NCBI RefSeq assembly: GCF_006345805.1
Contig: NC_043000.1
Coordinates: forward strand, 34,348,001-34,412,000
Direction: 5' to 3'
Length of the DNA stretch: 64,000 bases
From: Octopus sinensis
Taxonomy: Eukaryota
Position numbers and translations under genes: made by a program. Of this stretch, positions 37,389-47,797 are shown one piece after another (the stretch's first letter is position 1; each line of letters opens with the position of its first letter). The notes beneath the pieces were generated by a model. It made no database searches, was not told the origin of the DNA, and saw nothing but the letters and a program-made list of their open reading frames with translations.

Positions 37389-40300
37389 ATGGATTACATT
37401 TATGTTGGTTGTTTGAATGTGCGAGGCCTGGGAGCAGGCTGGAAGCAAGGTCGCTTCCTGCATGATATCAGGTCGCGTAATTTAGATGTTATTGTTGCTA
37501 CAGAAACCTGGTTAGAGGGGCCAAGAGGTCTACTCCCGCTGTTTGACGGCTACGAGAGTTTTTTCTCTCCTGGCAGTCCTACAGGCGGGAGAGGGGTGTT
37601 GGTCCTATTAAAAAGAAACCGGGTTTCTGAGAAAAAGTTAATTTTTGCAGATCCAGAAGGTAGGCTGGTCGTCATGGATTTGACGTTCAGTAATGGTAAA
37701 GTTATCAGACTGGTTGCAATTTACGCACCCAACAGTAAAAAATGGCAAAGTGATTATTTTCGTGATCTAGAAAAATTTCTTGGTACTTCGCATTCATTAG
37801 TGGTGCTAGGAGACTTTAACACAATTTGCAAAGCGGATGTAGATTGTGTTGGCTCGTGTCCAGATAGGAGAGGTAACAGTGGCTTCATGGAACTGCTAAG
37901 CCGCTTTGAGCTAGCAGATCCGTATAGGCTGGAATTTCCGAACGCTCCATTGTGGACATGGTCAAACAGCGACGGATCTTCCAGGTCATATATAGATAGA
38001 ATTCTAATTAGAAAAGTAGACAGTAAAATAGCTAAGTGTCCACAGTTTTATCCGATCAGCTACAGTGATCATAAAATGGTCACTTGTAAGCTTGACATAG
38101 ATAAGTTTAGAAATAGAGGATCCGGTTACTGGAAACTTAATACGTCCCTTTTGGCGATTAAGGAGTACAAAGACCGGATTAGGAACATAATTCAGAGGGC
38201 ACTATCCGGTACCATCATTAACAACAAATGGTGGTACGCCCTCAAACGAGCCATCAAGTTTGAGTCTATTAGATATAGCATAGGAGTAGTGGCTAGAGAG
38301 GCTAGAGGGGATAATACTCTAGTTAAGGAATTAGAGGAAGCCATGAAAACTGGCTCTGCGGCTCAGGTGGCGTCCAAGAGACTGGTGTTAAACCAGCACC
38401 TCGAGGCCAAACACATGGGCTGCATTGTCAGGGCTAGAATCCGTCATATGGGATGTGAAGGAATCAACGCCGTGAGATGGGCCCGAGTGGTGGAAGCTCA
38501 GCATGGTAACGGTGCCACGATTCGATCTTTGACGAACCAAGAAGGTGAGTTGATAAACGAACCCGAGGAGATGTGTGAGGCCTTTCAGGAGCACTTCGCT
38601 CAGCTTTTCGGTGAGTGCGGCGGACTGGATAGGAGGAGGGCCTTTACGGACCTACTCGACGGGCTGCCGCGCTTATCGGGGCGAGATGCGGAGGGCTGTG
38701 AAGGGCCAATCACGCCTGAGGAGGTGGTTGAGGCAATGGCAGACTGCGGCGCGGGCAAGGCGCCGGGTTTGGATGGTCTACCCTATGAGTTATATAAGAG
38801 TATGCCAGACTTGTTCGGGCACCTACTGGCGGAGGTCTATGCGAACTGGCAGCAGAACGGGCTTATACCCAGATCTGTGCGCCGGGGAGTGGTGACCCTC
38901 GTCAGAAAGGACCCGAGCAAGGGGGAGTGTATTGATAATTTCAGGCCCATCACTCTGCTAAACACAGAGTTGACGATTTTGGCCAAAGTGTTATCGAAAA
39001 GATTGGCGCGTGTCGCGGATGGTCTGATCGGGGAGGCACAGACATGTGCCGTTCCGGGCAGATCCATTCAGGATAATCTCCATCTAATGCGGTACACTAT
39101 AGAGGGGTTTAATAATGATTCTGGCAAGGGTGGGGTACTGGTCCATTTAGACCAATCTAAAGCCTTTGATAGGGCCGACCATTGTTACCTGGTATCTGCC
39201 CTGGCACAGTTCGGGCTGAGTCTTGGCTTCCTCAGGTGGATTATCCAAATGTATGATAACATCGACTCGGTAGTTCGGGTGAACGGCTTCTTGTCGAAGC
39301 CGTTCAAAATCAAACGCTCGGTTCGTCAAGGGTGTCCGCTCTCCCCGCTTTTGTACGTGATGGCTCTTGAGCCATTACTGCGAAAACTTAGCGGCATCCC
39401 GAGACAGCCAGGTAATGGAAAATCAGTGTCAGCGTACGCGGATGACATCACCATCATCGTAACCGAAATGGACCACCTATGTAAAGTAGGCAAGGCCATA
39501 GAGGCTTACGAGACGGTGACAGGAGCAAAAGTTAATCGCGAAAAGTCAGTCGGCTTGCAACTCGGCACCTGGAGAGGCAAGTCGATGCCTCCTGACAGCG
39601 TCGTGGGACGTTGGACGGAGGGTCCGATTAAACTGCTAGGGGTCTGGTTCGGTCCAGACCTCCAAATAGAGAAGAATTGGGGCGAGGTAACGAGCAAGGT
39701 GGCTGCAGTAGCCAAGACCTGGTCTTGGCGGTGGCTATCCTTGAAAGGGAGGGCGGAGGTGGCCAATGTGTTTATCGCATCGGTTATCACCTACCGCCTT
39801 TCCGTCGTTCCTTGCCCTGATTCGTGGTTGACCAAGTTGGAAAGACAGCTCTTCTACTTCTTGTGGAAGGGTAGGAAACCACTTGTGAAACGCTCTACTT
39901 GCTGTCAACAACCGTTAAAGGGTGGGCTAGGGATGCCTTGGCTGATGATGCGCAGACATGCGCTGAGGTTAAGACATCTGTGGCTCTACCTGGATGGTGA
40001 ACGGGTGTGGTCTCCGTTAGCAAAACTGATGTTTCCCAAGTTCACTAGTTTCGGTGGATGGGAAACCTGGCTGAATCGTAGATCGAAACTCGGTACTTGG
40101 TACACGGAGTGTCGCAAGGCTCTCCTGCTATTCCGTCGCTCGGGCAACGCCTGCGGTGGGGGTTCCACCACATTCTTCTATAGAGGGTTGGTAGAGGCTG
40201 AATGTGAAGATACCTTGGGGGAAACCCTAGGTCTCGACGATAATCAGCTGGCCAGTCTGTTCCGACGTACGTTCAAGCCGAGGACACTGGACAACTTCCA

Positions 40301-40787
40301 GAAGTCTCTGGCATGGCAATGCTACAGAGGAGCTCTACCTGTTCGGGATAAACTCGCAAGGCACGGTGGCCAAGACAGTCCGATATGTCCAAGATGCGGG
40401 CGGGATAGGGAAACCGTCCCGCACGCTATTGTTCATTGTCCGGACGTGTCTGAGGTGTGGGTTTATGCCGAACAGCTGTTGTCAGGTACACGAAGAGTAC
40501 AGCTGTCGACTGAGTCGATTACAAAAATTGACCCACCGGATTTCCTCGTGAATGAAGGTAAGTTTCGTTTTCTCGTTGTAGTAGCAATTGCGAAAGAGGT
40601 GATATGGAAGACGAGAGTGAAAGGTTTACAGTCAGGCAAGTTCATCTCTGGCCCTGGTTTGATGAATTATTTCATCTTCCACCTGAAAAGGAAGATAGGG
40701 CTGGAGAGAATATGCCTGACTAGGAGAGTGTATGAAGAACGATGGAAAGATGTGGCACGGAAGTTGCGAGTGAAAGATACAACATAA
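37389..40787 (+). CDS. Tx1 ORF2 protein, 1132 aa: AP endonuclease, reverse transcriptase, zf-RVT
   Basis: LNVRGL, ETW, IYAPN, GDFN, SYIDR, SDH (APE); WKLNTSLL; KAPGLDG, FRPITLLN, DQSKAFDR, RQGCPLSP, YADD (RT); KGGLGMP; CPRC-x8-H-x4-C. Confidence 0.97.
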   Translation: MDYIYVGCLNVRGLGAGWKQGRFLHDIRSRNLDVIVATETWLEGPRGLLPLFDGYESFFSPGSPTGGRGVLVLLKRNRVSEKKLIFADPEGRLVVMDLTFSNGKVIRLVAIYAPNSKKWQSDYFRDLEKFLGTSHSLVVLGDFNTICKADVDCVGSCPDRRGNSGFMELLSRFELADPYRLEFPNAPLWTWSNSDGSSRSYIDRILIRKVDSKIAKCPQFYPISYSDHKMVTCKLDIDKFRNRGSGYWKLNTSLLAIKEYKDRIRNIIQRALSGTIINNKWWYALKRAIKFESIRYSIGVVAREARGDNTLVKELEEAMKTGSAAQVASKRLVLNQHLEAKHMGCIVRARIRHMGCEGINAVRWARVVEAQHGNGATIRSLTNQEGELINEPEEMCEAFQEHFAQLFGECGGLDRRRAFTDLLDGLPRLSGRDAEGCEGPITPEEVVEAMADCGAGKAPGLDGLPYELYKSMPDLFGHLLAEVYANWQQNGLIPRSVRRGVVTLVRKDPSKGECIDNFRPITLLNTELTILAKVLSKRLARVADGLIGEAQTCAVPGRSIQDNLHLMRYTIEGFNNDSGKGGVLVHLDQSKAFDRADHCYLVSALAQFGLSLGFLRWIIQMYDNIDSVVRVNGFLSKPFKIKRSVRQGCPLSPLLYVMALEPLLRKLSGIPRQPGNGKSVSAYADDITIIVTEMDHLCKVGKAIEAYETVTGAKVNREKSVGLQLGTWRGKSMPPDSVVGRWTEGPIKLLGVWFGPDLQIEKNWGEVTSKVAAVAKTWSWRWLSLKGRAEVANVFIASVITYRLSVVPCPDSWLTKLERQLFYFLWKGRKPLVKRSTCCQQPLKGGLGMPWLMMRRHALRLRHLWLYLDGERVWSPLAKLMFPKFTSFGGWETWLNRRSKLGTWYTECRKALLLFRRSGNACGGGSTTFFYRGLVEAECEDTLGETLGLDDNQLASLFRRTFKPRTLDNFQKSLAWQCYRGALPVRDKLARHGGQDSPICPRCGRDRETVPHAIVHCPDVSEVWVYAEQLLSGTRRVQLSTESITKIDPPDFLVNEGKFRFLVVVAIAKEVIWKTRVKGLQSGKFISGPGLMNYFIFHLKRKIGLERICLTRRVYEERWKDVARKLRVKDTT

Positions 40788-41043
40788 ATGTAATACCAAG
40801 CGCAACCAAAAGTATCAGTGGGGAGGCGGGGCTCGTGGGGTCCGAGCTAAACCCGCACCCACTCCACCTGTAATGTCTTCCGGTCTATTCCATCATTCGA
40901 TTTTGTGTATATTCTTGTAATTTCATGTTATTTTTAAATCCGATTTTTTGTAAAAACCATCCGTATGTCTGACCCCACATCAGATTGTATTGTCCCCTCT
41001 ATGTTCGCCCCTTGTGGGTAGTAATAAAATCAACTGAATACTC

Positions 41044-41092
41044 ACCATGTAGTACCTTACTGATTTTTGCTGGATTTTACCTCGAGAAAGGA
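41044..41092 (-). other. putative short exon ending ATG|GTGAGT, containing a TCT-initiator match
   Basis: Minus strand TCCTTTCT (YYC+1TTTYY) at 41092-41085; ATG at 41048-41046; donor GT at 41045-41044. No partner exon found. Confidence 0.35.
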
Positions 41093-41093
41093 A

Positions 41094-41440
41094 GTACTTG
41101 TATCGCAGAGTGGTCCCGGTTTGCGCACACACGCAGACGCGCGTCCGCGCTAACCAGACGTAGGCAGTCGATCGTACGAGCTGATTGGCGCATGCACGAT
41201 ATATACTTGTATCGATATATACGTGTATACGATATATACTTGTATATATACGATATATACTTGTATCGCACAAGTATATATCATATATATACAAGTATAT
41301 ATCGTATACACGTATATATCGATACAAGTATATATCGTGCATGCGCCAGTCAGCTCGTACGATCGACTGCCTACGTCTGGCTAGCACGGACGCGCGTCTG
41401 CGCGTGTGCGCAAACCGGGACCACTCTGCGATACAAGTAC
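41094..41440. mobile_element. 347-bp palindromic foldback MITE, Mutator-like
   Basis: ~170-bp arms GTACTTGTATCGCAGAG...CTCTGCGATACAAGTAC; 11-bp TSD CGAGAAAGGAA at 41083-41093 and 41441-41451. Confidence 0.88.
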
Positions 41441-41598
41441 CGAGAAAGGAAACCTGAGGAAGGAGGGCTAAATTTCGAATACTTCGTACAACCACTTTTC
41501 TGAAACGGCTGCAGGTTAGGAAAAAAATTTTAATCGCCTCTTTCAATTTAGGTTTTTATTTTTCATGTTTATATTCGTATTTCATTGTTATGTTTATA

Positions 41599-42159
41599 TT
41601 GGGTTGTCCGGAAAGTTCGTTCCGATTTTTAAAGGAAAGTAAAGGTCACTAAATACTTGCCATCACATTTTTAATCAACCAAATCTGAACCATTTCGCTG
41701 CACAATACGTCTCCAGCTTTCCTTTACCTTGAAAATACCCTCTTCCCAGAATTGGGGTGGTTTCAAGGCAAAGAATTCGTCAAGGTATCGTTTTACGTCA
41801 TCTAAGAAATTGAAATTTTTACCATTAAGACTTTTCTGCAGAGACCTGAATAAGTGGAAATCCGAAGGAGCAATATCTGGGGAATAGGTGGGGGTAACAC
41901 ATCCCAGCCGAGCTGCAGCAATTTTTGTCTGGTTCCCAAAGCATCAAGTGCCGAAAATGAACTTTCTCATCTTTTATTTTAAAGGGTTACAGAATTAATA
42001 CAGGTTATAGGAACATAAACCTTCTTCCACGAAAACATAGCTTAAACTGTGCTCTAAATGGAGGTGTAGTCAAATCCTATTTTATGGACTCAAACATGTT
42101 CTAAAATAAGTCAAAAGATAAGCTACTATAAATCGGCACGAACTTTCCGGACAACTCAA
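41599..42159 (-). mobile_element. internally deleted mariner
   Basis: TIRs TTGGGTTGTCCGGAAAGTTCG / CGAACTTTCCGGACAACTCAA with TA on both sides; LLQLGWDVL and PDIAPSDFHLFRSLQ on minus strand. Confidence 0.9.
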
Positions 42160-42406
42160 TATTTCTATATTTTTATCATGAAACTCTTAACATAAATATG
42201 TGTATATTCGTATGGAATAATACCTCATGTGCTACATCTGAATTTTCTTGTCTGGATGTTTTAAGACAAATATCCAAAATTTTTATCGTATACCACATTT
42301 AATTAATACTTAGCTCATATACGGAGACAAAAATGTTGTACTATATACTGCAGGTTATCTCCATTAAAATTCTCGTATTATATACATTATATATACATAA
42401 TATGCA

Positions 42407-43132
42407 CACTGGCGAAAATAAATTTAAGATCGATTATAAAAGTTCTATTTCTTTCAAAATATTCTGTTACTAGCCCTTTGCCGATCTTTATATTGACCAG
42501 TATCCGAGTATAACTTCCACGCTTGCACGCAAGCCGGTTTACTGCACTTTAGTTGCTTGCTGATGTCCGAAAAGGAAACTTATTGCTGTAATATACGATT
42601 TTTGCTCTCGTGACTGGACTAAGGCTACTTTGTTTTCCCATTATTAATAAATTGTATAATAACATTAAATTACAACTTTATATGATGCATTTAGGCTCGT
42701 TGTGTGACCACCCATTTTGGCCAAAAAAATTGCATACTTATTACATGGTCTTAAACTAATTTTGCCGGTAAATTTGAAACGTTTATATTACGCTCTGAGT
42801 TCAAATTCCGCCGAGGTCGACTTTGCCTTTCATCCTTTCGGGTCGATAAATTAAGTACCAGTGACGCACTGGGGTCGATGTAATCGACTTAATCCGTTTG
42901 TCTGTCCTTGTTTGTCCCCTCTATGTTTAGCCCCTTGTGGGCAGTAAAGAAATATATATTAATTTAGCATTAGAATTCTTCAAGTTGTATAAAAATTGTT
43001 TGCATCATTCGAAAGAGAAATAAATTTTGCATAAGGTGTAAAAGATATGAATAATTTGTATGGTGTTAGTAACAAAATATTTTGTAAGAAGTAGAACTTT
43101 TATCGTCGGTCTTAAATATATTTTCGCTGGTG
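42407..43132 (-). mobile_element. internally deleted Tc1-like element
   Basis: TIRs CACTGGCGAAAATAAATTTAAGA / TCTTAAATATATTTTCGCTGGTG; inner repeat near 42750; N-terminal HTH remnant MGKQSSLSPVTRAKIV...ISKQLKCSK...YSDTGQYKDRQR. Confidence 0.65.
42787..42953 (+). mobile_element. 5'-truncated family A SINE
   Basis: Core plus tail TTGTCCCCTCTATGTTTAGCCCCTTGTGGGCAGTAAAGAAAT. Confidence 0.88.
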
Positions 43133-43140
43133 TATATATC

Positions 43141-45705
43141 TCAGGTCATCCCATAAGTTCTGTCCGAATTTTGAATAAAGAATCCAAGTGATCAAATGTT
43201 ATATTTAATTGAAAGTTAATCATCAATGTACTTTCCCTGATTATCTATGACTTCCTTACATCTATTTACAAGCTTTTTAATTCCATCAATGTAAAACTCT
43301 TTTGGTTTCAAAGCGAAGAACTCTGAAATGTCAGGTTCGACCTCCTCCTGGCTTGCGAAAGTTGTGTCCCCCTAAAGGAGTAAGGTCGGGAGAATAAGTT
43401 GGATGAAGAAATTTTTCCAAACCGACCTCTTCGATCTTCTGTGATGTGATCTTTGCAGTGTGGGGTTGCGCATTGTCCTGATGAAACACCACTCATTTTC
43501 GACTCACTAAAGCGGCTCTTTTTTCCTTCAAAGCTTGGTTCAAACGCTCTAATTGTTGACAGTAGACTTGAGCATTGATTGTTGCATTAGGTGGTAACAA
43601 TATAAAGTGAATTACGCCTTTGCAATCGCACCAGATAGAGTAGAACCTTTTTCCCCATGAAGTTCCCTTCTTGGTTGTGGTTGAACATTTTCCCTTTTAC
43701 CAAGCCACTTTTTACGACGTTTAACATTTCGATAGAAAATCCATTTTTCGTCACAAGTCTATCGAAAAAGGGTGAAATGAGTTTGCGAGAATGGAGAGAA
43801 GAGCAGATGTCAACTCAGGATTTGCGGTTGCTTTCGGACAATACATGAGGCACCTATTTTCCAAGTTTAGGAATATTTCCAAGTTGTTGAAGATGACGAT
43901 GAACTGTTGTATGGTTTGAAGTAAGCTTTATTGCCAATTCTTCAACTGATAATGGCGGATTTTCTTCAAGTAATGCCTCAAGGAGCTTATCATCAAACTC
44001 AACTGGACATCCTATTCGATCTTCATCTTCAATTTTGCAAACGATCTCCTGCAAGTTCCTTCATTCAAGCACTTTCCCTTAAACTGAGTGTATGTTTCGA
44101 ATCACTTCGGTTGCAGAGTTACCCTTATTGTACTCATAAAGAATTATATGTGCCTTAAATGCTCCTTGGATACTTCCATGTTGAAAGGGTTTTAATCAAA
44201 GCAATTTTAGGGTGTCCACGAAGTCTGGGTAGATGAATAAAATCATAACAATTATAAGAAATAATAATTTTCCTTTTTTTACTTTTGTTTAAATTAAATA
44301 AAAAAATACGTTACTTTTTAAAAATTATTTGTTATTTTTTCTACAGATGATCGAAGAAGAAAGAAGAAAGAATCCCAGATCGAATGACGGATCTGTCTAA
44401 AGAAGAAAGAATCCCAGATCGAATGACGGATCTGTCTAAAGAAGAAAGAATCGAGTTAGTATTATTAAGTGGACGAGAGGAATGGTCTTATTGCAAAATT
44501 GCGGAAGAATTTAATCTTCGACACCCTTATAGGCAACCTTTTTTTTTACTGCCGTCGGGAAATTGATCACGAAATTTAAAGAAACAGGCAGTGTTTTGGA
44601 TAAACCCCGTTCCGGGCGATCAAAGACTTCAGATGAAACGAAAGAGGCTGTCGAGGCTAAAGTTTCTGCTAGCCCAAAGAAATCACTTCGGACATCCACG
44701 GTGTTAGGTGTTCCAAAACTAACCATCCACAAAATGCTGGTTGAGGAAAAGTTTCATCGATACAACCTACAGATACTGCATCACTTAAATGAAGACGACC
44801 CTGATAGACGAATGTAGACGTGCGAATGGTTTTCAGATAAATTGGATGAAAATATCAATTTTACGAAAAACTTTGTGTTGTTCAGTGACAAAGCTACGTT
44901 TTATGTAACTGGTGAGGTCAACAGACAGAATCTTCTGTACTGGTCTCGAGGTAATCCACATTGGATGGATCCATCCAAACAGCAAGGCAGTAAAAAGGTG
45001 ATGGTGTGGTGTGGTTTGTGGAAAGTTCATGTTCTAGGATCCTTCTTCATTGAACGTGTAACGGATGAGACTTATGTAAACATATTTAGAGACAAATTAA
45101 TATCTCAAATTGAGCGCCTAGGCGAGGGCCTTCCGAATTGGTTTCAGCAGGATGGGGCCCCTACCCATTTTGCCACAACTGTTAGAGATTGGCTTAATGA
45201 CACTTTTCCTCACTAGTTTGGAAGAAGGGCTCATATGTTAAGGTCCCCTCGTTCACCAGACCTTTCTCCCCTTGATTTCTTTTTCTGGGGTATGTTGAAA
45301 GAAAAATTACAATAAAGATTACAGATTTAAGGCACATGAGAGAACGCATTACCAGTCAGTGTGTTGAAATTGATGGCAATGTAGACTTATTTAATCAAGT
45401 TCACCTGAATTTTGCAAGGCGCATCAAGTTATGCATTAAAAATGATGGAAATCACTTTGAAAATATTATTTATTAACATTATAATTAAATAAAATTGTTT
45501 TGTTTTAAAAGTATGTGTTAATCCCCATGTACGCAGACTTTGTGGACACCCTCTATTATTTTGTAAAACAGTATTGAATTAGTTTAAACGTACACAAATG
45601 CATAAACATAATTTTTAATTGAATTAGACATTTGAAATTACTATTAAATTTCATTCAAATCTAAAAAAAAAGGTAAAATTGAACAGAACTGATTGGATGA
45701 CTTGA
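43141..45705 (-). mobile_element. degenerate mariner interrupted by a rosa-like element
   Basis: TIRs TCAGGTCATCCCATAAGTTCTGTCC / GAACAGAACTGATTGGATGACTTGA; transposase remnants (TVHRHLQQLG, VTKNGF/CDEKW region, FHQDNA). Confidence 0.85.
44208..45553 (+). mobile_element. rosa/DD41D-like Tc1-mariner element
   Basis: TIRs AGGGTGTCCACGAAGTCTG / CAGACTTTGTGGACACCCT followed by TA; KFKETGSVLDKPRSGR, FSDKATF, FQQDGAPTH...PRSPDLSPLDFFFWG (40 residues between the last two Asp in this decayed copy). Confidence 0.85.
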
Positions 45706-46616
45706 TATATAATCTATGATATTCTAGTAGGTTTCAAGTTTATAACACCTTGATATCTCATGTTATCTCATTTTATATGCCTAAGATGTTTATTTTCTAT
45801 TCTGGTTTTTATATATTTCTATACATTATATTTGTATCTATAATTTATTTTAAGCCGAATATGGTGACATGTGCGATGATTTTGCGACTATCTTATATTT
45901 TACAGAGAAATTGGAAGCCCCCAATGTAAGCCACCACTTTAAGCATAATACAATATTTATAGTTCTCTATTTCTAACTCAAATTCTGTCCTCAATAATTA
46001 TTGATCTCTATTTCTAAATGTAATTCTTTTTCTTCTCGTTCAGTTTATAACTATAACACGCATTCTTGTCTGTCTCTTGACAAAGCTTTTTTTCTCCAGC
46101 GTTCACCGCTTCACCTCGTTAGGGTTAAACAGTCCTTACCGAATGTTTTCACTATCCTGTTTTTGTTAGCAGCTTTGATGTTCTACGTATCTCAAATTTT
46201 AATTTGCTTTGAGGGAGCAATTGCTTTGAAAAAGACGCATCTTGTTGCACTGCTCGCAATGCGGAGTAGGTAAATCTGCCAGCAATTGAGGAAGGGTTGT
46301 TTTTTTATGCAGCCATTGCGCTATAGTTCTCTATATATAATGGAAATTCTTTCTTTGTCCCGACCCGACCCGACCCGCTGTGTACAGTCGCCCAGAGCGA
46401 GCTCTGGCTGGTCCGAGGTTATAGCAGAAGACACATGCCAAGTTACCACACAGTGGAACTGAACTGAGGACCAAGTGTTTTGGAACCAAGTTTGCTACCC
46501 TGCACCTGTGTGTGTGGGTGGTTGGGTGTATCGGTATGTGTGTATGGGTGTATATAAGTATGCATGTGTATATATATGTGTACATATTACATGTACTTCT
46601 ATATATACATCTAGAC

Positions 46617-46835
46617 CAGTGGTTTTCAACCAGGGTTCCGCGGAACCTTAGGGTTCCGCCAGTACAGTGCAGGGGTTCCGCAAGAAGTTGCAAAACTGCT
46701 AAAATCGGCAGTAATTTTTAGGTCGCCTGTGCAGATATGTGTGCATAAGACTATTGAATTATTGCACAGGGGTTCCTCGAGCCAGTGAAATGTTTCCTTG
46801 GGGTTCCTCTCCTGCAAAAAGTTTGAAAAGCAGTG
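46617..46835. mobile_element. hAT (Charlie-like) MITE
   Basis: TIR CAGTGGTTTTCAAC / TTTGAAAAGCAGTG; 8-bp TSD ATCTAGAC at 46609-46616 and 46836-46843. Confidence 0.88.
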
Positions 46836-47347
46836 ATCTAGACATACATGTTTACATATACATGTATATCTATAGAAATACATCTATACATATACATCAG
46901 TATATATACATGTATTTATATATATATGTATATATATATATTTTGTATTTATATGTATATATATATATTGTATATATATATGTATATATGTATATATATA
47001 TATTTTATATATATAGTATATATATGTATATATATATTTTATATATATATGTATATATGTATATATATATATTTTATATATATATGTATATATAGTATAT
47101 ATATATTTTATATATATATGTATATATATGTATAATATATATTTTATATATATATATGTATATATATGTATATATATTTTTATATATATATGTATATATA
47201 TATGTATATATATATTTTATATATATATGCATATATATTTTATATATATATTTTATATATATATGTATATATAGTATATATATATATTTTATATATTATA
47301 TGTATATATATGTATATATATATATTTTATATATATATATACATGTG

Positions 47348-47393
<46 letters not shown>

Positions 47394-47406
47394 ATTATAT
47401 ATATTA

Positions 47407-47797
47407 CTAGTCGCCATGATAGATCGTTAGCCACTACGCACATTTTTTTTCTACCATAGCGGATCTTCTTCTAGCAAAATGGATGACCACTGTTAATGGT
47501 TCATCCGTGTTATATAATACTTTCACTTTAATAGTTTCAGTATTAAAGTGAAAGTGTCTGCATTACAATAGCGAGATGTTTTTGTTTCACTTTTAACACG
47601 TAATACTGAAATAGTGGAGAAGATATGATATTGCTGTGGGGCCGCCCTAGGCAAAAAGTAAAAATTTTTTTTGCCGATGACACTCCCCCGACCTTAAAGC
47701 ATGTGTAAAATTTGAATGAAATTGGTTGTGTAGTTCTCAAGTTTTAGGGAAACACACAGACAGACAGGCACACATTCTCAGTTGTATATATATAGAT
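47407..47797 (-). mobile_element. probable non-autonomous Helitron remnant
   Basis: Minus-strand 5' TCTATATATA...GTCTGTCTGTGTG...CAACCAATTTCATTCAAATTT resembles the 16940 family; CTAG at 47407. Confidence 0.45.

Larger units (their letters stand above)
35852..41030 (+). mobile_element. full-length L1/Tx1-clade non-LTR retrotransposon, copy 2 (both ORFs open)
   Basis: Flanked by CAACTGAATACTC at 35839-35851 and 41031-41043; same 3' terminus as copy 1. Confidence 0.96.

Noticed and set aside
40980-41546. Mirror-image ORFs of 188 and 172 aa on both strands
   Set aside because: Artefact of the palindromic MITE
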